Of a stretch of DNA of 64,000 bases, positions 54,563 through 64,000 are shown piece by piece. The position numbers and the translations under genes are program-made. Under the pieces are notes generated by a model. The model had not been told where the DNA came from. It made no database searches and saw only the letters and a list, made by a program, of their open reading frames with translations. The stretch comes from Camelus ferus (Eukaryota), in NCBI RefSeq assembly GCF_009834535.1, contig NC_045697.1, positions 35,094,001 to 35,158,000 on the forward strand, given 5' to 3'. How positions within the stretch are numbered: the stretch's first letter is position 1; every line of letters begins with the position of its first letter.

Positions 54563-56353
54563 CTGTGTGGAAGCATCATGCCAGGTGCTAAAAGGATAGC
54601 TTAGTAAATAAAATAAATTTTTGTGCCCTTGGGAAGATTAGGATCCAATGGTGGAGACAGTGTGTGCTATGTGTGGGTATGTGTCCCCACATACACAGAT
54701 CCAAATATAAAATAAATAGTTGTGATAAAGTTGCTATGAAGGCAATAAAGGGAAAACAGAGGAGGACCTGCTGGGATAGCATGATCAGAGATGGCCACTC
54801 TGAGGGAAAGTATCAAATCTTAAATCTGTTCAGCAGTGGTACTTCTTCTGAAGAATGAATATGCCTAACTCCCAAAAGGAAAACAGATTAAAATTAAACT
54901 CTGGCTGACCCAGGTTAGAGCACCAGAGTCCTACCCACTTGCCTGAGGAGACTCTCACAGAATCCCTGAAATACCCATAGGGCTCCAAGAAATATTGAGG
55001 TCAATAATCGGATACTATAGATAAGTTCTGAGCAGGAACAAAGTCAGACAGACCAACCTGACAGGTTGGGTGGAGAAAGGGCTTGAGGGGGACACAGTGA
55101 AAGTCAGTGGGCTATCTAAATTGTGGAGGTGAGAGATAAGGACTAAAACGATAAATAGTATACATACTGAGAATAATTGAGAAAAGAGCAATAAAGATGG
55201 GAATAAAAAGACAGATTCCATGTTTTCCCAGAATAGATACTTCTTGATATATTTGGTGACTGATAGTGTTTTTTTAAAAAAAAGTAAAGCTGAAATACTC
55301 AAAAGTGACACCTAGGCTTAGGTGAATGGGTAGACAGTGGTACTAAACAGAGTAGCCAGGTAGGTCACATCAAGAAGGGTTTTGGCAACATAAGTCTAAA
55401 GGACAAAAGGGATGTCAGGAGAACACAGAGACGGAAGAGGAAAACAGACAGCTAATCCCACAAGCTCTCCAACGTCTTCTCCATTTATGGAAGAGGGGTG
55501 GGTACTGAATTCATTATTTTCAAGTACATGCTAGCCAACAATAACTGCGAATTAATGAATTCAGCTGAAATGGAAAATAAAAGCAAACAAACAAAAAAGA
55601 ACAATGATTCAAATACAGCACTGTGAAAAAGCAAATGGAATAATCAAGTAAATAATGAGGGGAATTTTGTTCCTGACACACAAGGACCAGAATTCCATCT
55701 AGATTTCTGGAGAGAAAGGTTTTGGGTCATGTCCAAATTAACTGCTTATTTTAAAAGTATAAATCAAGTTTCTAAATTAATGGTCATAGCTATAAAAGAG
55801 TGTCTAACAAAAATAAGTTTTATACAAATGTCATAGATTGGATTAATGCATCAGTATATTCACAAATTAGCAACATAAAACCAATGAAGAAACATGTTAA
55901 CTGAGCTCAGTAATCTGGGGAGTGGTTACCTACGCAGCAATTATTATATTACTTGGGTATACCATAAGATACCATTACTGTTACCTTCTTGACACAGGAT
56001 AATTTATTAATAGCCAACTTATTCCTAGCTTTTGATTTAAGTTCTTTTTACATATTTCACACGTAAAACAAAAAAATTGCTTCCTCTGCTTAAAATGAAG
56101 CAGTCCAGACCCTGTAATCATACTTCCTTCTCTGCCCTCACAAACCATACCAATTTGCTATCATTTGGCCCAGGGCTAAGATATTATTATTTCTTGAATG
56201 AAAAAAATCTATTTCTGAATATACTTAAAATTGATCCTTGAAATCTTAAGAACTCTAGACATCAGAAATTATTTTTAATTGCCTGTAATAATTTTTGAAG
56301 ATACTGGTAATAAAAAACCAGATATAAATTTTCTATTCAAAAGGCTAGTTACT

Positions 56354-56536
56354 GGGGTGGGAGGGTACAGCTCAAGTGGTAGAGTGCATGCTTAGTGTGC
56401 AAGAGGTTTTGGGTTCAATCCCCAGTAGCTCCAAATAAATAAATAAATAAATAAATTTTAAAAACTGAATTACCTCCCCACCCCCTAAAAGGAAAAAAAC
56501 AACTTAAAAAAAAATAGCAAATGATTTTTTTAAAAT
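56354..56536 (+). mobile_element. tRNA-Ala-derived SINE (Vic-1 type), long form, with TSD
   Basis: gagggtacagctcaagtggtagagtgcatgcttag...gggttcaatccccagta, (AAAT)n, aattacctcccc. TSD ggctagttactgg at 56343-56355 and 56537-56549. Confidence 0.9.
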
Positions 56537-56727
56537 GGCTAGTTACTGGATATCTATTTTTACAACACACACAGTGTATATTCACTGCCCCAAAAGAAAC
56601 TAGAAGTATGAATACTAAGAAACTTTCATTATATGGTATACAGATGTATTGAGAAGAAAAGAGTATATGTGTTACAATTGGTCCCTCCTACTGGGAAAGA
56701 ATAGGTAAAATTCTATGAACCATGAAT

Positions 56728-56865
56728 AAGGCTGAACATAAAATGTATTGTCCAAAGCAGAACTTTTTTGAGTATGAAAATAGGCACTAACTATTAACAA
56801 CATGCCAGAATAGAGATGTCAACAATTAACTGTCCAAGGTCAATGGAGATCAATGGTCACCTTAC
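56728..56865. mobile_element. MER94-like hAT remnant
   Basis: aaggctgaacata...tattgtccaaa...tttttgagt...atggtcacctta with degenerate terminal inverted repeats. Confidence 0.45.
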
Positions 56866-58129
56866 CCATGAAGCACTATTGCAAAGTAAAGGCTCACTAC
56901 TTCCTGCCAACACTTGTCTTTCTGAATTTTTCCTACATTGTCAGTAGCATAATAAGTTTTCAATCAATTAGAGGGTTTTATTGTTAGGGCCACCTTTTAT
57001 ATCACTCTTAGTTTTGAAACAAAGGGGTGAGTTGGCAAAGCTGTAATAAGGTATAAGAAGAAGAGTCAGAATGAGGAAAGGAAAAGAAGTGTCAAACTGC
57101 AGAGTCAACCACATATGAAGAAAATAATTACACTTAGGAAGGGGAGTAGCAGCAGTATGAGGAAGAAAGGATGAAGAGATTGTCCAGTGCAATTAAATGG
57201 GCAAGCTCAAAACACAGGAATATGTTTATGCGTGGTCAAGCTTATTCATTATGCACTATATTAACACTGATTTGGAAGAACCTACCTGTATAATCTTAAC
57301 ATTCTTTAAAATCTCTCTAAACCTGGTAAATCAGAACCTACTTCTTTATAAGATCCCCTAGGTCATTCTTAAGCACATCAAAGCTTAAGAAGAGCTACTT
57401 TAAATTATACTAATATAAAAACATCATTATCTTGCTTATGTCATTTTTAGCACACATCTATACTTGTTTAAAAATAGAGACTGGGAAAATTCAGAATCCT
57501 AAGAACTAATAAAGATAATTTTTCTGCATTCCTTATGAAGAATTTTTCAGTTTTTTTTTTTTTAAGTTTCCACATCATGCAAACTAGAAATATATACCAG
57601 CTTATACAAAGTGTGTACTCTATCCATGTATGTGGCAGTATGGGGTGACAGAAGTGGGTGGAAGGTACAGGTATAGCCAAGTGGACAATGAGTTCCATTG
57701 TGGAAAGGACCATAAAACAAAATGACTAATAAAAAGCAACGATTTCAGAACTCCACATCAGGATACTAAGGCCATAAAGGAAGTGTGTTAAGCCAACAAT
57801 TGTTATCTTTAAAGAATAAACCACCTGGCCTTTCTCAAACAGTCAAAGAATCACAGATTTTTTTTAACTGGAGAGCCTTAAAGATCACGTAGCATAATCC
57901 CTTAAACTTCAGATGAGACAATGGAAGCCCAGGGAGGACAAGTGGCATAGTTGGATCCCAAATCAAATTAGTAAATATTTACTGAACACCTACTACAGAT
58001 AAAACACTACTCCAAGGAAATAAGTATAATAGTGGATCCCTTCTTCAAAGGTTCCATTCTTTATTTCCCAGGTAAATTATCTGCATGTAGCTCTCTGATG
58101 GTAGCAATAGCCTTTCCATATCCTAGCTT

Positions 58130-58349
58130 AGGGGCTGGAACACTTTGCCCCACAGGCCAAATCTGGTTCATCACCTGTTTTTGTAAATAGAGGTATACTG
58201 GGACATAGCCACACATATTCATTCACATTTCATCTGACTCTTTTTGCTCTATGAAGTCAGAGCTGAGTACTTGTGACAGAGACATATGGCCTGTAAATCC
58301 TAAAATATTTACTGTCTGGCCCTTTACAGAAAAAGTTTGCCAATCTCTC
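58130..58349 (+). mobile_element. MER58A-like hAT DNA transposon
   Basis: ggccaaatctgg...cctgtttttgtaaata...ctaaaatatttactgtctggccctttacagaaaaagtttgcc. Confidence 0.8.
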
Positions 58350-60149
58350 TTCTAGATTATCTTTTGCTTGCTTTGAAGGGTGTTTTTTTCCTCTCTCTCT
58401 CTCTCTCTTTTCATTTTCAAACTAATGGAAGGCAGGTTTTGCCTTAGGAACTACTGCCCACTGAGCAATGTGCTAGATGGTTTTGAAGGAAAAAGTCAGT
58501 GGGCTAAATATGGCAACTGACAGCAGCTCTCGGTAACAAGTAAAAACTTGCTCTAGAACATAAAGGACAAGAACCAAAAGCCAGAAGACTAACACTCAAC
58601 AAACATTTAATAACCGCTTACCAAGTTGCCTGCCATTGGGCTAAGCTCTGGGGTACCCACATTAATAAGACCAACTCAGTTCTCAAAGAACTCACTATCT
58701 GGTGAAAGAAAGAATCCTTGTGTATTAAATGTAATAATAGAGGCTACAATGACAGAGAATAAGTAACTGAGGTTGGGGGTGAGGGAAACTATTCAACCCC
58801 AAGGACAGTCACACAGAGCCTTCTATCCCCCCTGCGGAGTTCCAGTTTCAGGAAGTAACCAGGATTGGAAGCTTATAACTATGTATAGTTGCCTCAACCC
58901 AAAGGCCACTATTTGTAGGTGGATGGAGTTAACCTTTGGACTGTACAGTTGCTTCCTGACTTCCTTTTATAGCACACTTTATTTTTGTTTAACCTTTCTG
59001 GTATAGTCTTTTAGTTACATTTTAAATTCACATTGAGCCTTAGTCATCTTAACCTATTTTACTGTGCATTTTTTTAACCTGTTATTTTTTTAGAATCTTC
59101 TGATATTGATACTGTTTTTTTTAACATTTTTATGCATCTTTGTACACATTATTTCAGTATTTTTGCCTAATATTTATTTATATTTTTCTTATCCCCCTTT
59201 TGTTTCAATTGCTTTATCTTAGACATAATACCTCCTTCCTTTTGCTTCTCTAAGTGAGAATAAAGAAGGGTGATCGTCAAAATAGTCAGCCACTAGGAAA
59301 GTATGGTAAGTGACAGTTTACAAACCCAGCCTCAGAGTAGAGGTGTGGCCTGAGGGCCCTGGTGTGCCTAGGACTCACCCTTTAGTTGATGAAACCTGGA
59401 GCGGTCAAAGAGGGTCCTGGGGTAGGGCAGGATGGCTAAAGCAGCCCAAGCACTTGTGGAAGGGATGTAGCAGGAGCTACAGATCAACAGATATGAGAAA
59501 CCAAAATATTTTACCAGTATCACCAAACCAGTACAGACTGGATAAATAGCAGTTTTGTGATGAGGAAACAGCAGAGTAAGTGGGATAGAGAGGAAGCTAT
59601 TCCAGGCCTCTTAAAAAAGGAGACAGATGCAACTTTATTTCAGTTAAGTTTCTTGCAAGTCCACTCTAAAAGCCATGGAAGAAGACCCTGACCCTAATTC
59701 TAGCCATACTTAACTGCCCCAGTTATTTAAAATATACAACCATGTAACTTAGGAGACAGTCTAAAATGACCCTTCTTAAGAAGTGTTAGGCTAACTTTAA
59801 GAACAGCCTAGAGAAACTATTAGAGAAGCAATACTGTTGCACTCACTTCTAAAAGCCTTTGTATCTGAATCACACAATCATTTGGCAGTAGGTATTTGGA
59901 AAAGCACATACTGGGAAAAAGAAGGAAAGCAGGGGAGAAAGTGTTGCAACTCAAGCTCCCATGAACTGTCATGTAGCTATAAATCACATGCTAAAATGGT
60001 TTGGAATTAGACACAATGAAAGACCTAGATCCAAATTCCTAGAATGTTTTCTATGATAGAACGCTCCAAAGACAAATTCTAAGTTAAATTCTACCTCCAA
60101 GTCAAAAATCCAAAAGTTTTTGAAAATAATAATAACCACCATGAATTGA

Positions 60150-60330
60150 ACCATGTATGAATTTTATTGCCATTTTTGGTAGTCTTGAAAACAATGGTAC
60201 AAAAAAGGTATCATTCCAATTGATAAGTGAGGTCAACTGGCCTAGAGAGGTTAAGTAACCTCTTCAAGGACACACAGCCAGTCACCAGTGGAGCTCAGGT
60301 CAGTTTGGATCAAGGCCTCACTCCACTCCG
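60150..60330 (-). mobile_element. MIR SINE fragment
   Basis: agagaggttaagtaacc...caaggacacacagccagt...gtggagct. Confidence 0.6.
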
Positions 60331-60857
60331 TTCTCAATACTTCATTGCCTCTCACTCATCGTGCCTGTAGGTCTTCCCAATATTTTTCCTCTATCATGAA
60401 AATTCTTACAGACTCAGACAAGGCATGAATATAATAATCACCCATAAGGCTTCTCCTATATCTTCCCATGAGTTCAGCTTGAAAAGTACTCCAAAGGTTC
60501 TCTTAAGTAAGAGATCTTACTTGATTTCAGACACTATGAAAGCAAAGCCCAATACTTCCAAATCCCATTTGTATAAGCAAGAATTCCTGAACTCCTTCAC
60601 ATACTTACACAATGAGAACAAGATCAAGCCAGAAATTCCATAGCAGACGGATTATTATTTGGAGCTCAAGTTCTTCCATGACATTGCCCTACCCAGCAAA
60701 CTTTTAATTCCAAATGATTATTTTATCTCCTTTAGTCTGTAATCAGTATAAGCATTTGAAGTGACAGAAGAAAACCTCATCTCAATTTTCTCCCAGGACC
60801 TTCTCTAAACTCCCTATTAATAGTCCAGTCTCTAAACACTTAAGTCATTCTTTACTC

Positions 60858-61648
60858 GATGCTCAACATCGCTAATTATTAGAGAAATGCAAATCAAAAC
60901 TACAATGAGGTACCACCTCACACCAGTTAGAATGGTCATCATCAAAAAGTCTACAAATAACAAATGTTGGAGAGGGTGTAGAGAAAAGGGAACCATCCTA
61001 CACTGTTGTGGAAATGTAAATTGGTGCCGCCACTGTGGAAAACACTATGGAGATTCCTTAAAAACTAAAAATAGAGTTGCCATATGATCCAGCAATCCCA
61101 CTCCTGGGCATTTATCTGGAGAAAACTCTAATTCAAAAAGATACATGCACCCTAATGTTCACAGCAGCACTATTTACAACAACCAAGACATGGAAGCAAC
61201 CTAAATGTCCATCAACAGATGATTGGATAAAGAAGATGTGATGTGTGTATGTGTGTATGTGTAAATATATATACAGTGAAATACCACTCAGCTATAGAAA
61301 GAATAAAATAATGTCATTTGCAGCAACATGGATGGACTTTAAGATTATCATATTAAGCGAAGTGAGTCAGAGAAGGACAAATATCACATATCACTTATAT
61401 GTAGAATCTAAAAAAATGAGGCAAATGAACTTATTTGCAAAACAGAAACAGACTTACATAGAAAATAAACTTATGGTTACCAAAGGGGAAAGGGGCTTGG
61501 GGAGGGATAAATTAGGAGTTTGGGATTAGCAGATACAAACTACTATATATGAAATAGATAATGAACAAGGTCCTACCCTATAGCACAGGGAACTATATTC
61601 AATATCCTGAAATAAACTAATGGAAAAGCATATGAAAAAGAACACATA

Positions 61649-61696
<48 letters not shown>

Positions 61697-61785
61697 CTCA
61701 CTTTGTTGTACACCAGAAACTAATATAACATTGTAAATCAATTATACTTCAATTTAAAAAATAAATAACATAGACACACATACAA
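60858..61785 (+). mobile_element. Relatively young 5'-truncated L1 3' end with TSD
   Basis: [34 protein letters not shown] (L1 ORF2 C-terminus). TSD tcattct(t/c)tactc at 60845-60857 and 61788-61800. Confidence 0.92.
61650..61694. repeat. (TG)n microsatellite, about 22 units, inside the L1 3' UTR
   Basis: Directly visible. Confidence 0.95.
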
Positions 61786-64000
61786 AATCATTCTCTACTC
61801 ATCTCATTCCTTTCTAAAAAGAAACTAGCCTGCCCTGTTATTTCTCTACCCAATACGGGATGTATGTATCAAACAAAAATGAGCTGTTTTGGAGATACAA
61901 AATCTAACCACTGAGAGCAATGGTTCTGCAAAAATTAAACTGAAAAGATCACATATTAAGGAAATCCAGTTAGTAATAGTTAGCATCCCCCCTTCTTCGC
62001 TAGTCAAATACAGATAGCAGCCTTTAAAACTCAATTAAAAGGCATTTGGAATTTTACATAACAAATGCTACGTTTTGGTTTGTCCCTAGTAGTGAATTGC
62101 GCTGAATATCTCAAGAGAGGTATACTAGTATACTATTTAAATGTTTATGTCCCATGGAGTCATTAACACTGGGTAATAGAATGAAAACAGCATCTTAATG
62201 TGAGTCTTAATTGTTTTTGTAAAAATCATGTGAAACAGCTATTCACTTAATCAGCTTATCTAACCAGTGTTATAAAAATAACTATATTCTTTTAACTAAA
62301 GAATTTTTGTTAAAGAAACCATAAGCATCTATAAATATTTCTGGAGCTAAAAGTAGCAGGAAAATTTATATATATTGCAAACTAACTTATTCTCAATTGA
62401 TCCTCTCACAAAGTGTAATTATCAATCCATATTACAATCTTGTCTAACATCTCTTAGAAATAACTTTTAAATTTTTGAATTAATAATGAAAGAAGTTGGT
62501 AACAAGTATAAAGCTATGAGATTATATACCAGTTTTTCTCTAAAAGAATACTTCCTTCTTTGCATTATTGATATGAAATCTCTTCATACTCTTGATTTCT
62601 CATTAAATGAGCAAAACTGTAATACCCCTTAGGAGAGCTGTGCCAGTTCTTTGTATGATTTCTGGATAAACTACTGCATTATAACTATTCCAGAACCACC
62701 AGTAAACAGGAAGTAAAATTCATTCATGCTCAGTCGCAAGTAACCTATGTACAGACTGTTGCAAACCATGTGGGTTTTTTTCTTATGTAGACTATAAATT
62801 TAGTATCAAATCTTGAGATTCAAGAAAAGGGCCTTATCAGCAGATTGAAATTTAAGAAAACAAATCTCTCTACAGATATTCCCAAAGAAGTCCTTTAAGT
62901 TAATTTTAATAGTCATCCCCTAAAGTTAAATTTTATGTTTGAAGAGAAAAACTGAAGAGAGCTATTCCAGAGGACACAGCTGCTGAAATTTCAAACAACA
63001 GGTTCTTCAGTATTCTATGATTTTTCTTTATTTTGACTGTGATTGGTAAAAAGATATACAGTGTAGAAAATCCTTAATCATTAAACTGAGTGCTTATTTG
63101 CAAATTAATATAAGTTACAAAATCTTATTACACTTTATAACATATATGCTGTGTTAAAATGTGTAAGATAGTCAAAAAAAAAAGAGAGTCATATTAAACT
63201 AATGGGCATAGCATATTACATTTAAACACCAGGTCCGCTTATATATGCTGTGGTATAGTGAAGAAAACAATCAAATGGTTCAAGACTGAAAGTTAAAGGA
63301 AGTAAATTTTTAATAACAAATAACTGCATGTATTAATATATTCATATTTTTCACTTATGTATATATACACTGTTAAACACAAAATGAAACACTAAATGAT
63401 TTAGAGATTTTTAACTGAAATTAAGAAGCACTAATCCATCAATGGCCTCATCTCCACTTCATCCATCCAAATAAGAGTATAAAAAATGACTTCTAATACT
63501 AGTATATTCTAGATATCAATATATATTTCTTTTTAAAACTTAAAAGTGCCTTCTTCTCTCTTTTACATAATTTTTTAAAACAGAAAGTATGGTTTCTCCT
63601 AAATATAACCCTATTCTTTAAACAGACAAGAAATAGTATTAGGGAGAATACAAAGAAATAGAGGTACTCACACGTAGCCCTGGGGAGCTTAAATTGAGAA
63701 GTTTTTGAAAGGTAACTTAACATTGTCTATCAAAATTTTAAGTGAACATAGAAATTTATACTAAGAAGCAATCACACAAAGGTATAAACTAATATATAAA
63801 TGAGTATAATTACATAATTATTTTAATAACTAAAGATTAAAGTCACTCTAAATATTCATTGAGAAGGGAGTGATTGAATAAATTATTACATCCAGACAAT
63901 GGAATGCTTTTTAAATAAGACAGAAAGATGTTTATGATGTGCTAAACGAAAAAGTATCAGATAGTAAGTCTCACTTTAAAATTCTATAAATAAAAATGTT

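Overview
AT-rich, repeat-dense mammalian DNA. Five tRNA-Ala-derived SINEs of the Vic-1 type point to a camelid (Camelus, Vicugna or Lama). The whole window lies inside the 5' half of FRYL (furry-like) on the minus strand. Eight GT-AG coding exons (27003 down to 3863) join in frame to give the first 278 codons ([18 protein letters not shown]...ILIPVAA), and the gene continues off the left edge. The main hidden feature is at 47579-47651: a short coding exon missed by the ORF track, encoding MLSLQDSVFFEISIKSLLKSWSSS. This closely resembles the N-terminus of the paralogue FRY as I recall it. It splices in phase into the 80-nt nominal 5' UTR of the first coding exon, predicting a FRYL isoform with a 51-aa N-terminal extension from an internal CpG-rich promoter. 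Its leader holds an interrupted GCN repeat and an in-frame upstream ORF closed by a single TGA. A second CpG/YY1/Kozak element at about 18.55 kb may be another internal start. The rest is intron with L1, L2, MIR, solo LTRs, hAT-type MERs and microsatellites. Gene and repeat identities come from recalled consensus sequences, not a database search, and repeat boundaries are approximate unless target-site duplications (TSDs) are cited.
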